A stretch of 64,000 bases of DNA, from contig JAFUEZ010000003.1 of NCBI GenBank assembly GCA_017470115.1, positions 173,064-237,063 of the forward strand, read 5' to 3'. The DNA comes from Bacilli bacterium. Lineage in GTDB: Bacteria; Bacillota_I; Bacilli_A; RFN20; CAG-826. Positions 35,919 to 45,960 of the stretch are shown here, piece after piece (positions within the stretch are counted from its first letter, which is position 1; every line of letters begins with the position of its first letter). A program made the translations under genes and the position numbers. The notes under the pieces are model-generated. The model worked only from the letters and a program-made list of their open reading frames with translations, did not search any database and was not told where the DNA came from.

Positions 35919-38915
35919 ATGATTGGCAAAAAACGGATTTTAAGAATCATTAGTTTAAGTGCCGCAGCAATCATTGGTACTGGTCTAGGTGTAGGAGATT
36001 CCATAGCTTTAGGAAACGGAAACAACCTTGACCAAATTTTATGTCCTCCAATTGTTGATGGCGAAAACGTTTCAAGGAGTTCAGCTAAAGGTCAAGCAAT
36101 GTCGCAAGAATTAATCGAAGAAGGCATAGTCTTGCTTAAAAACGATAATAATGTTTTACCTTTAGATAAAGATGTTTCAAATAAAGTTAACATCTTTGGT
36201 TGGGCAAGCATCGACTGGGCTTATGGTGCAAATAGTACATCATGTTCAGGCCGTGTTATGGCAGAAAATAATAAAGAATCTGAACTTATCGATTTATATG
36301 ATGCTTTAAGTGAATATGGAATTGAATATAATACAGAACTTCAAGCTATGTATAAGCGATATGCAAATCCTTATGTTTATGCTTTAAAAGATCCAGGTGC
36401 AGTTAGCAATGATGGTGTCATTACACTTCATGAACCAGATATTGAAAACAAAACTTATTATTCAGATGAACTCTTAGCAAACGCTAAGAAATATTCAGAT
36501 ACCGCGATCGTTGTCATTACTAGAAACGCCGGTGAAGATATTCCAGCTGATAGAGCAATGAGAAAAGCTGGTGCTGGTTATAAATCTGAATCAGGCAAGA
36601 TTTATTTAGATTATTCAATTGAAGAAGCTAATTTACTTAGATATGTTGGTGATAACTATGATAACGTAGTCGTTATTATCAACTCTCCAGTTGCTATGGA
36701 TATGAGTTTCTTAGATACTATTCCAGGATTAAGCGCAGCTATTCAAGTTGGATTTACTGGAACTCATGGTGCTTATGGAATTCCTAGAATTCTTTATGGA
36801 GAAAAATCTCCATCAGGTCACTTAGTTGATACCGTTGCTTATGATAGAAATACTACATTTGCAATGAAATCTAAAAAAGGTGGCTCATTAAGCACAAATA
36901 GAGGTAACAAGAGATATTTTGAATATCTTGAAAACATCTATGTTGGCTACAGATGGTATGAAACAGCAGATGAAGAAGGCTATTGGGATGAATATGAGCT
37001 TGAGACATATGATGCTAACTTTAGACCAGTAACTAAAACTGGTTATGATGCTGTTGTTCAATATCCATTTGGATATGGATTAAGTTATACAAAATTTGAT
37101 TGGGAATTATTTGGAGTTGAAATCCTTGATAAAGGTGAACCAGTAACAAACATTACTCCAACGGCAGATATTACCTTCAAGATTAAAGTTACAAATACTG
37201 GACATCATGCAGGAAAAGATGTTGTTGAATGTTATGTAACACCTCCTTATCATAATCACGAAATTGAGAAATCAGCAGTTTCACTTGTTGGTTATGAAAA
37301 GACAATCGAACTCAAACCTGGTGAATATCAAGTTGTTGATGTCAAGGTTGATATGGCAGATGTTTTAAGTTATGACTGCTATGATTTGAATGACAATAAT
37401 CATACAGGTTATGAACTTGATAGAGGTAAATATCAATTCAAATTCATGACTGATTCACACAACATAAAGGTAGGAAAAAAAGAAAATACCTTGCAAAACC
37501 TCATTGTTTCTTATGATATTAACGAAACAATTAATGCTGATAAAGATAAGTATACAGGAGCAATTGTAGAAAATATGTTCACTGGAGAAGATGCTCTTGA
37601 TGGGTATCCTATCGACTCAGTTGAAGAGAGTTATGCACCAGATTATTTAACAAGATCAGGCTTTAAAGATGTTAAAGATTTTACAGGTTTAAAATCAAGA
37701 ACAGCTTCAACACAGCTCAATAACGCATTCTATTTCACAGATGCAAAAGGTACTGCTTGGGACAATGCTGAATATGACATTTTTGGAGAACCAGTTTTTG
37801 ATGAAGATGTCGTTTGGGGCAAAAATAATAATTTAAAGATTTACGCAAATAACGAAGTAACTGAAACCGGATATCAACTTGGTGAAGATTATGATGATCC
37901 TTTATGGGAAGATGTCTTAGAGCAAGTTACAGTTCAAGAAACTTTAAATACCATTAATAAATCATATGGTACACCTGCAGTTCCATCAGTAGGAAAACCA
38001 GCATGTAGTGAAGTTGATGGCCCTGCACAAATTAAGTGTTACTATCAACAAGCTCCTCGTGGAACAGGTTATCCAAGCGCAATTAATATCGCTCAAACTT
38101 GGAACTTAGATTTAATTGAAGCATTTGGTTTATCATATGCTGCTGATATGAACTCAGTTGGTATCTTTGGTGTCTGGGGTTGGGGATGTAACATCCATAG
38201 AACTCCAGTCGGTGGAAGAAACTGGGAATATTTCAGTGAAGATCCATTCATTTCAGGCATGACTCTTGCTGCAGCAGTTAGAGGCTTAAATAATGGTGGA
38301 AGATACGATTACATCAAACATTTCTGCTTGAATGAAACAGAAGAAAATAAAGTTGAAGGTTTCACATTTGTCACAGAACAAGCTTATAGAGAAATCTACT
38401 TAAAACCATTCCAAATCGGTATTCAAAAAGGTGGAGCACTTGGTGTTATGACATCATTCAATAGAATTGGTGCTTTATATAGTGGAGGAAGTGAAGCTTC
38501 CTTAACTGGTGTTTTAAGAAGAGAATGGGGCTTCAAAGGAAGTATCATTACTGACTGGGCAAATAATGGACCATACATGTCAATTGATCACCAACTTAGA
38601 GCTGGTGGCGACTTAGGTATGAATACTGAACTTAACGATGCTGGAACTCACTTCACATATGGAACAGGTTCAACAAAGAGACTTCAACATCAAATGAAAG
38701 AAGTTATGCATCACGTTCTTTATACATATTTAAGAAGTCAATATCTCAACAAGGTTTATAATGAAGATCCAAATACTGGTACAAAATTCATTACATCTCA
38801 AGTTATTGAATCTTGGAAATATTGGAGAGTTTTACTTGTTGATGCTAACATCGCTCTTCTTGGTGGAGCATTACTCTTTGTAGTTATGACTTTCCTTCCA
38901 AAAAAGGAAATTTAA
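35919..38915 (+). CDS. Glycoside hydrolase family 3, membrane-anchored (paralog 2)
   Basis: IKHFCLNETEENK, KGSIITDWANNG (nucleophile), QYPFGYGLSYTKF; RBS AAAGGAG; N-terminal signal and C-terminal TM LLGGALLFVVMTFLPKKEI. Confidence 0.75.
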   Translation: MIGKKRILRIISLSAAAIIGTGLGVGDSIALGNGNNLDQILCPPIVDGENVSRSSAKGQAMSQELIEEGIVLLKNDNNVLPLDKDVSNKVNIFGWASIDWAYGANSTSCSGRVMAENNKESELIDLYDALSEYGIEYNTELQAMYKRYANPYVYALKDPGAVSNDGVITLHEPDIENKTYYSDELLANAKKYSDTAIVVITRNAGEDIPADRAMRKAGAGYKSESGKIYLDYSIEEANLLRYVGDNYDNVVVIINSPVAMDMSFLDTIPGLSAAIQVGFTGTHGAYGIPRILYGEKSPSGHLVDTVAYDRNTTFAMKSKKGGSLSTNRGNKRYFEYLENIYVGYRWYETADEEGYWDEYELETYDANFRPVTKTGYDAVVQYPFGYGLSYTKFDWELFGVEILDKGEPVTNITPTADITFKIKVTNTGHHAGKDVVECYVTPPYHNHEIEKSAVSLVGYEKTIELKPGEYQVVDVKVDMADVLSYDCYDLNDNNHTGYELDRGKYQFKFMTDSHNIKVGKKENTLQNLIVSYDINETINADKDKYTGAIVENMFTGEDALDGYPIDSVEESYAPDYLTRSGFKDVKDFTGLKSRTASTQLNNAFYFTDAKGTAWDNAEYDIFGEPVFDEDVVWGKNNNLKIYANNEVTETGYQLGEDYDDPLWEDVLEQVTVQETLNTINKSYGTPAVPSVGKPACSEVDGPAQIKCYYQQAPRGTGYPSAINIAQTWNLDLIEAFGLSYAADMNSVGIFGVWGWGCNIHRTPVGGRNWEYFSEDPFISGMTLAAAVRGLNNGGRYDYIKHFCLNETEENKVEGFTFVTEQAYREIYLKPFQIGIQKGGALGVMTSFNRIGALYSGGSEASLTGVLRREWGFKGSIITDWANNGPYMSIDHQLRAGGDLGMNTELNDAGTHFTYGTGSTKRLQHQMKEVMHHVLYTYLRSQYLNKVYNEDPNTGTKFITSQVIESWKYWRVLLVDANIALLGGALLFVVMTFLPKKEI

Positions 38916-38930
38916 TGGAGGTAAGAAAGT

Positions 38931-39093
38931 ATGACTAAAAAGATTAGATTAATAATTTTGTTATCAGGAATAGGTGCTTTGCTTATTGCAATTGCCTTAT
39001 ATACTGGAATCAATTACGGACAATATAAAGCTTATCGAGATGGCGTTGAAAAGCCATCAAGTCAAAGCGATATTGTGTTAGTTGATAGATAAA
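38931..39093 (+). CDS. Small 54-aa single-TM membrane protein (MTKKIRLIILLSGIGALLIAIALYTG...)
   Basis: RBS GGAGGT 7 nt upstream; immediately followed by a strong terminator; too short for the ORF track. Confidence 0.4.
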
Positions 39094-39097
39094 ATTA

Positions 39098-39126
39098 GGA
39101 GCCGCTTATAGCGGTTCCTTTTTTTG
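39098..39126 (+). terminator. Rho-independent terminator
   Basis: ggagccgc-ttat-agcggttcc + TTTTTTT. Confidence 0.75.
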
Positions 39127-39277
39127 CAATGTGGGTTTAAGAAACTGCAAAATAGTTATATAAATATGCTGCTTCCTTAACCTTGTAAAATACTTTTGAC
39201 ACAATAAAACCATAAGTTTTATTAATTGTTTACATAATAAAGCAATTTTAGTGGCGAAAGTCACAGGAGGAAAAATA

Positions 39278-42200
39278 ATGAAAAAAAGAAAAGTAATGGT
39301 ATCATTACTCGCTACTGCACTTCTCATTGGTGGAGCAGTCAGTTTAGCAAGCTGTGGTGACAAACCATCCGAACAACAAGGTGAAGATGAAGCTACAGTC
39401 GTTTCACTCGAAGTTACAAAAATGCCAACTAAGACTGAATACCAAGATGGTGAAAATTTCGATCCAACCGGAATGGAAATCAGTGGTGTTTTAGATAATG
39501 GCAAGAAAAAAGTTATTCCTAATGAAGAATTAAGAATGCCTACAAAAGCTGTCGCTTATGGTGATAAGAGTGTAACAGTCAAATATGGCAGATTATCAGT
39601 TGAAGTTCCTATCACTGTTAAAGCTATTGAATTAACTGATTTTACTCTTGATCATTCAGAAGAAACAGTTGAAGTTGGTGCAAGAATTCAATTACACGCA
39701 ACATTTACACCTGAGAATGCATCGGAAAAAGGCTTAACATACAGTTCAAGCAAAGATACTGTTGCTACAGTTTCAGAATCAGGTGAAATTAGAGCGGTTG
39801 GTCTTGGTGATGCAACAATCACAGTTAAATCAGTTGCTAAAGCATCATTAGTCAAAACAGTTTTAATTCACGTTAAAGCTACTGCTATTACAGGATTAGA
39901 ACTCGATGTTGATGATATTACCTTAAAAGAAGGCGAAACAAAGCAAATTGGTGTCACAATTACTCCAGCAAACGCAACAGAAAAGGGCGTTACATTTACT
40001 TCAAGTGAACCAACAGTTGCTTCAGTTAGTGCTACTGGTTTAATCGAAGCTCTTAAAGAAGGTAAAACAACAATTACAGTTGAAACAGTTGCTACAAATG
40101 CTCAAGGTCAAAAATTAAAAGAAGAATTTGAAGTTACAGTTGAAAGTATTGCAACAAAATACTTAGTCGCATTCAGAAATAGTGATGGTACATTAGTCCA
40201 AGGCTACAAAGAAGGCGAAATCGAAGTTGGTGCAGTTCCTGAATTTACAGCAAAAACTCCAAGAAAAGCAAAAGATGCTGAAGGCGTCTATGTCTTCCGT
40301 GGTTTTGATAAAGAAATTCTTCCATATGCAGCTTCCGAAGAAGAAGTTACATATACAGCTGTCTATCAAAAATTAGACATCACTGCTACAAACGTTAAAC
40401 TTGTTGAAAGTGGAGACAAATTACTTTACGAAGTTACATTTGATGCTGCAAAAGATGTCGAAGGATTTAGATTACGTGCTATGATTCATGGCGGAAGCTG
40501 GGGCACATCAGATTTAGTTCTCGATGGAGAAATTCAACATAATGCCGATGGAACATTTGTTGCTAGAGCAAACCTTTTAGAAGAAACAAATTTTGCACTT
40601 CTTTCTGGAAGCCTTGATACTTCATTTATTGGCAAATTTACATATGAAGGCGCTGGAGGAGATATCGATTTAAAAGTTCATACACGTTGTGACCAAAAGA
40701 GATATAGACATGATGCTTCAGGTAAAGTTATTGAAGTCAATACATTAGCTGATGATTGGGATGGCGTTGAAGGTTATGATTCACTTTCAGAAGAATTCAA
40801 GAACGCAATTCCTGCTCCAACATGGGATGGTTTAGGAATCGAATTAGAATCTAGAACAGTTGTCAAGAATGGTTATAATATCGAATTATTTACAAACGCT
40901 ACTGAATGGAATAACGCTTCATTAAAAGTTAGTGTATATCATGATCCAGATGAAGCATTTGTTTCTGCAGTTACTCCAAAATCTGCTGATGTCGAATTAA
41001 TCGACGATAAAGCATATTATGTTGTTAGTGGTGAATATGCAGGACAAAATGTTACTAAAGAAGTTTTATTAGATCAATATGGTCTTGATTTCCAACACAA
41101 TAGCAATCTTGATGGTGCTGGATGGACATATTTAAGCCACGAAGAAGCTGAATCAAGCAGTGCAGTTAAATTCTCTGGTGATTCTGCTTTATCATCCATT
41201 GACCCTGAACAAAAAACATTTACATTAAAAGTTCCTGTTGCAGATCCAAATATTGCTAAACTTGATTTACAAGTCTTCTCAGTTCACTCACAATTTGGTG
41301 GACAAAAAGATAATATGAAGAATCTTAAAGTTGGAAATACCAAATTTACACTTAATGGTTTCGATTATTCAATTCAATCCGGTTCAAACACTTGGAATAT
41401 TGCTGCATTAAGAGTTGAAAGACATCCAGATGAATCAAAGGTCCTTACTACAAAGAATGCAGAATTAGTTGAAGTTGATGGCGTCATTACTTATAGAATT
41501 AGTGGCGAATTCAAGGGATATGAAGCAGATGATCTTGTTTGTTTAGCTGATTTACAATCCAATCCTTATTATTTCACAGGTGCTTATAATGGTACTTGGA
41601 CAACCGTTTGGGGATTAAACAATGGTGAAGGTGTTAAAGCTACAATTGATGCAGCTCCTAATGGTGACGATGCTGGTAGATGGCACTTTGATATCGCTTT
41701 ATCAAATAATGCAAATATTGATAATACAAAAGATGCTAAAGATGGAAAATCAGTTTATACAGTTCACTTCCAAATTGGCAAAGGTGGAGATTGGGTTTTA
41801 AGTGGTACTAATAGACCAAACTTAGTTACTGAAACATTCAGTGATGTTGCAAAATCAGGTTCAGCATTTAAATATTCAATCGTTAATTCATCTGGTACAT
41901 GGAATTCAACATCATTAATGGTTGAAAGCCTTCCAGTTGAGCACGATGAAGATGAAGAACCAAATGTTGGAGAACACGGCATTGAATTAAGTGCAACAGA
42001 AAAAGTTAGATTTGAAGCTGAAAAAGTTGATACCAAAGATTGGGTATTAGCAGGTGGAAATGCAACAGCTGTTGTTGAAAGAGCTGATGCAAGCGATGGC
42101 AAATTCTTAGCTGCTGCTACTGGTGATACAGCAAAATCAAAACCAGCATATTTCAAAATCTATGTTCCTGAAACAAAAGAATATGATATCGCTGGAGCAT

Positions 42201-42460
42201 TTGCACAAGTTGAAAGCAAAAAAAGTAATGTAGTTGATATGGCATTGACATATCAATTAACAGTTGATAATACACAAAAAATTGCATTCACAGGAACACT
42301 TAATGCTCGTGAAGACATCACAGTTTGGCAATTTATGGAGTTAGCTAGAGCAAGTCTAACCAAGGGAAATCATGATGTTAAGCTTGAAGTAGTCTCAAAT
42401 ACTGGTAAAGGTACAGCAAATGTCGATTACTTTGAATTTACACCAGTCGTTTCTGAATAA
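39278..42460 (+). CDS. Large surface lipoprotein with Big_3-like N-terminal module and tandem Big_2 (bacterial Ig-like) domains
   Basis: RBS AGGAGG; lipobox VSLASCG; repeated ...ATVS.SGEIRAVGLGDATITVKS... / ...ASVSATGLIEALKEGKTTITVET... Big_2-type repeats. Confidence 0.65.
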   Translation: MKKRKVMVSLLATALLIGGAVSLASCGDKPSEQQGEDEATVVSLEVTKMPTKTEYQDGENFDPTGMEISGVLDNGKKKVIPNEELRMPTKAVAYGDKSVTVKYGRLSVEVPITVKAIELTDFTLDHSEETVEVGARIQLHATFTPENASEKGLTYSSSKDTVATVSESGEIRAVGLGDATITVKSVAKASLVKTVLIHVKATAITGLELDVDDITLKEGETKQIGVTITPANATEKGVTFTSSEPTVASVSATGLIEALKEGKTTITVETVATNAQGQKLKEEFEVTVESIATKYLVAFRNSDGTLVQGYKEGEIEVGAVPEFTAKTPRKAKDAEGVYVFRGFDKEILPYAASEEEVTYTAVYQKLDITATNVKLVESGDKLLYEVTFDAAKDVEGFRLRAMIHGGSWGTSDLVLDGEIQHNADGTFVARANLLEETNFALLSGSLDTSFIGKFTYEGAGGDIDLKVHTRCDQKRYRHDASGKVIEVNTLADDWDGVEGYDSLSEEFKNAIPAPTWDGLGIELESRTVVKNGYNIELFTNATEWNNASLKVSVYHDPDEAFVSAVTPKSADVELIDDKAYYVVSGEYAGQNVTKEVLLDQYGLDFQHNSNLDGAGWTYLSHEEAESSSAVKFSGDSALSSIDPEQKTFTLKVPVADPNIAKLDLQVFSVHSQFGGQKDNMKNLKVGNTKFTLNGFDYSIQSGSNTWNIAALRVERHPDESKVLTTKNAELVEVDGVITYRISGEFKGYEADDLVCLADLQSNPYYFTGAYNGTWTTVWGLNNGEGVKATIDAAPNGDDAGRWHFDIALSNNANIDNTKDAKDGKSVYTVHFQIGKGGDWVLSGTNRPNLVTETFSDVAKSGSAFKYSIVNSSGTWNSTSLMVESLPVEHDEDEEPNVGEHGIELSATEKVRFEAEKVDTKDWVLAGGNATAVVERADASDGKFLAAATGDTAKSKPAYFKIYVPETKEYDIAGAFAQVESKKSNVVDMALTYQLTVDNTQKIAFTGTLNAREDITVWQFMELARASLTKGNHDVKLEVVSNTGKGTANVDYFEFTPVVSE

Positions 42461-42480
42461 CTCAAAATTTAAACTATATA

Positions 42481-42506
42481 AAGGGCGAGAAATCGCCCTT
42501 TATTTA
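42481..42506 (+). terminator. Rho-independent terminator
   Basis: aagggcga-gaaa-tcgccctt + TATTT. Confidence 0.65.
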
Positions 42507-42517
42507 AATCTATAATT

Positions 42518-43333
42518 ATGAAAAATATTAAATTTTTACTCATTTCGTCTTTAATTTTTGGTTCCTTAATTGTTGGTTGTTCGTCTAGTGAAAATCAAAT
42601 AGTTAAAGAAGCTAAACTCACAAGAATTGAAGTTGTTACTGATCCAATTAAAACAGTTTATTTAGAAGGTGAATATTTTGATCCAATAGGAATGGATGTT
42701 GTTGGATATTTTGATGATGGAGATATTCAAACGATTACGCAATATACATATGAATCAAAACCTTTAACAGTTGATGATACTGAAGTTGCTATTTCATATA
42801 AAAAGAAAGAAGCAACTGTAGAAATTGCTGTTTTAGAGGACGCTCAAAATAAACCTTTATTTGAAGTAACAAATTCAAATAATTTGATTAAAAGATTTGA
42901 AGCTGAAGAAACTTCTCTTTGGAGTAATCCTGATGGATTAAAAAAGACTGTTCATGGCTCAAAATCAACTCCTGAAAAACCTAGAAATCCATCTACATCA
43001 AATGAAGAATCTGTTGGTGATGTTACAAAAGATAATGTATTTAAGATTGTTTTTAATAGCAAAGTTGCCACAAAATTAGATGTGACAGTTGCTATTGCAC
43101 ATAATACAACAGTTAATTTTGATGATTATTATGCAATTTCTTTAAATAATGAAACTAAAAAAACTAATCAATCAATTGAAAAAGGATCTACTTATGAATG
43201 GTATGATTGGAGAAAGATTGAAGTTAAAGGTTTAGATGTAGTTATTGGAAAGAATATTTTTAATCTTAAGAAAACAAGTTCAACATCAGGTTTAAATTTA
43301 GACTATGTAGAACTTAATGTTTCTCCAGAATAG
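42518..43333 (+). CDS. Lipoprotein with N-terminal Big_3-like module, otherwise unknown
   Basis: Lipobox LIVGCSSS; LTRIEVVTDPIKTVYLEGEYFDPIGMDVVGYFDDGD shares a module with 33315(-) and 39278. Confidence 0.55.
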   Translation: MKNIKFLLISSLIFGSLIVGCSSSENQIVKEAKLTRIEVVTDPIKTVYLEGEYFDPIGMDVVGYFDDGDIQTITQYTYESKPLTVDDTEVAISYKKKEATVEIAVLEDAQNKPLFEVTNSNNLIKRFEAEETSLWSNPDGLKKTVHGSKSTPEKPRNPSTSNEESVGDVTKDNVFKIVFNSKVATKLDVTVAIAHNTTVNFDDYYAISLNNETKKTNQSIEKGSTYEWYDWRKIEVKGLDVVIGKNIFNLKKTSSTSGLNLDYVELNVSPE

Positions 43334-43342
43334 GTGGTTGAT

Positions 43343-44563
43343 ATGAATAAGAAAATTATATTTTTAGGTATATTATCACTTTCTTTCTTGCTTCCTTCTT
43401 GTAGTGCAACTCAAGGTGCAAGTAGACATATTAGAATTTATAATGATGCACCAAAAACTTTTGATTATAACGAATATTATAAAGAAGAAAGCATTAAAGA
43501 TTCTTATGATATTTTAGTTAACGCTAATACTGTTAAGGTTCCTGATAATGATATTCATTCACCAATTCAATATGCATATTTTAGAAGTGGATATAACAAG
43601 ATTTCTAATTTTGGAAACGGCTCAAATGAATATTCAAAATCTCGTAGTTTGCGCTTATTAGCAGGAGAAGCTGAAGAAGAAAAAGAAGAATACGTTATTC
43701 AAGTTTCAGAAAGTAAGAAATTTGATGAATCAATAATTTTTGAAACTACATCAAATTATATTGATGTCAAAAATCTTAAAGTAGGAACAACCTACTATAT
43801 TAAGGGTGCTGAAACAAAAGAAGAACTGAAAAATTCAAAAGTATATCTTTATCGTACTGCATATTCTCTTCCTAGAAATCTTGATATTGACGGAATCACA
43901 AATGTTAGAGATCTTGGTGGATACCGTTCTAAGCTTGGTGGAAGAGTGCGTCAAGGATTATTCTTTAGAGGTGGAAGATTAAATGTTTCATCTCAAAACA
44001 CTTTTAAATCCGACATTACTGAAGATGGATTAAGAGAACTATTAGAAGTACAAGGTGTTAAAAGCGAGATAGATTTAAGAATGAATGACACTTATTATGG
44101 TGAAAGTGGTGATAAAAACGAATTTGGCTATATAAATAACGATAGTTATGAGGATTTAGAATATCATAATTTCCCACTTAATTGGCATTTATCAAATATG
44201 ATGACTGGAGAAAAACAAACAATTGGAAAGATATTTAAATTCTTATCCCATAAAGACAATTATCCAGTTTATTTGCATTGCAACATTGGTACTGATAGAA
44301 CAGGATTATGTAGTTATCTTCTTGGAACTCTTTTAGGCATCAGTCAAGAAGAACTATTTAAAGATTATCTTTTCTCAAATTTAGGAAAGATTAACAACAC
44401 AAGAACATTAGATACTGTTAGAAATACATATTTAGGTGTCTTGGAAAGTTATCAACAAGATAACTTATATTTAGATGCAAGAGAGTATTTATTATCGTGT
44501 GGGTTAGATGATGATGAGATTGATAATATCATCAGAATCTTTGTAGATAACAAGGCTTTCTAA
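43343..44563 (+). CDS. Lipoprotein with Y_phosphatase3-type tyrosine-phosphatase-like domain (paralog of 20867..22009)
   Basis: RBS AGGTGG; lipobox LLPSCSA; NVRDLGG and HCNIGTDRTG (C-x5-R). Confidence 0.6.
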   Translation: MNKKIIFLGILSLSFLLPSCSATQGASRHIRIYNDAPKTFDYNEYYKEESIKDSYDILVNANTVKVPDNDIHSPIQYAYFRSGYNKISNFGNGSNEYSKSRSLRLLAGEAEEEKEEYVIQVSESKKFDESIIFETTSNYIDVKNLKVGTTYYIKGAETKEELKNSKVYLYRTAYSLPRNLDIDGITNVRDLGGYRSKLGGRVRQGLFFRGGRLNVSSQNTFKSDITEDGLRELLEVQGVKSEIDLRMNDTYYGESGDKNEFGYINNDSYEDLEYHNFPLNWHLSNMMTGEKQTIGKIFKFLSHKDNYPVYLHCNIGTDRTGLCSYLLGTLLGISQEELFKDYLFSNLGKINNTRTLDTVRNTYLGVLESYQQDNLYLDAREYLLSCGLDDDEIDNIIRIFVDNKAF

Positions 44564-44724
44564 AGTTACACATTTTTGCTTATTTAAAAAAATAGTCGAG
44601 ATTTGCAGCGTTTTTGCTGAAAAATCCTGCTATTTTTTAAATACAAGGCTTTTTTATATTTGAAAAAAATCATTATTCTATTTGAATATTTAGTAATATT
44701 CAAAGATAATATAAGGAGAATATT

Positions 44725-45960
44725 ATGGGCTATAAATTATTAATTGTTGAAGATGAACCATTTGCAAGAAAGGGACTTCAATCCATCGTTGATTGGAAAT
44801 CTTTTGGTATTGATGAAATTTTTGTTGCTAAAAATGGACAAGAAGGAATTGGAATTGCTAAATTAGTTCAACCTGATATTATCTTAACCGATATTAAAAT
44901 GCCTGTAATGGATGGTCTCCAAATGATTAAAAAATTAAGAGAGATCATTGGTGATGAAGTAGAAATTGCCATTTTAAGTGGATATGGTGAATTTGAATAC
45001 GCAAAAATGGCCCTTGAGTACAATGTTGTCAATTATTTATTGAAACCAGCACGTGCTGAAGAAATTAAAGATACATTTAGAAGAATTGTTTCTAATATTG
45101 AACGTAAAAAGCAAATCAAAGGTAATGAAGAAATTATCAATAACACAGCTGATGTTTTGTGTTCAAAGGTTATTAGAATTTTGGTTCATAACAATTATAG
45201 TGAAGCTGAAGATCTTAAAAAAGAACTTGAACAATATGGTTTTCCATTCATTGAATCTGGTTATGTTATTTCGGGTTCTATTGTAAATTCAAAAGAAGAG
45301 AATCCACCTCAAATTTTTGATTTTATTAGGGTTTTGCAAGGTTTTTTAAAAGAAATCGAGGAAAAATCTGATTTAAAATCAATCTGTGGTTCATATCATG
45401 ACAAGTTAGTTTGCATAATTAATAACTACAATCTAGATGCAATTGTTGAAGCAATTAACAAATCTTTTGATTCTCTTGAAGGCAAATATAAAGAAAAAAT
45501 TTCTGTAGGAATTTCGTCTCCATTTGAATCGTTCAAAGAGATTCACAAGTCATATGAAGAAGCAAAGGCTCTTTCAACAAACAATCTTTTACCTTTTAAA
45601 AATAACATTCAAATTTATGGAAAAGGAACAAACGAATTCTCTAAAAATTTGATTGCTGCATTAAATATTATTCACGAAGAATACATGAAAGATTTAAATA
45701 TCAATTATATTGCTGAAAGACTAAATGTTAGTGATTCCTATATCATGCACATGTTTAAAAATGAAATTAACACAACTTTCAATAAAACATTACTTGATGT
45801 TAGATTAAAGAAAGCTCAAGAACTTTTGCTAACTGGTAAATTGAGAGTTAATGAAGTAGCATACGCAGTTGGTTTTAACGATGAAAAATATTTCACTATT
45901 ATCTTTAAAAAATATATTGGTTGTACACCAACTCAATTTATAAAGAACAACAATGCTTAA
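44725..45960 (+). CDS. YesN-like response regulator (REC + AraC-type HTH)
   Basis: LLIVEDEPFARKGL...DIKMPVMDGL receiver; C-terminal AraC helix-turn-helix; RBS AAGGAG. Confidence 0.75.
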   Translation: MGYKLLIVEDEPFARKGLQSIVDWKSFGIDEIFVAKNGQEGIGIAKLVQPDIILTDIKMPVMDGLQMIKKLREIIGDEVEIAILSGYGEFEYAKMALEYNVVNYLLKPARAEEIKDTFRRIVSNIERKKQIKGNEEIINNTADVLCSKVIRILVHNNYSEAEDLKKELEQYGFPFIESGYVISGSIVNSKEENPPQIFDFIRVLQGFLKEIEEKSDLKSICGSYHDKLVCIINNYNLDAIVEAINKSFDSLEGKYKEKISVGISSPFESFKEIHKSYEEAKALSTNNLLPFKNNIQIYGKGTNEFSKNLIAALNIIHEEYMKDLNINYIAERLNVSDSYIMHMFKNEINTTFNKTLLDVRLKKAQELLLTGKLRVNEVAYAVGFNDEKYFTIIFKKYIGCTPTQFIKNNNA

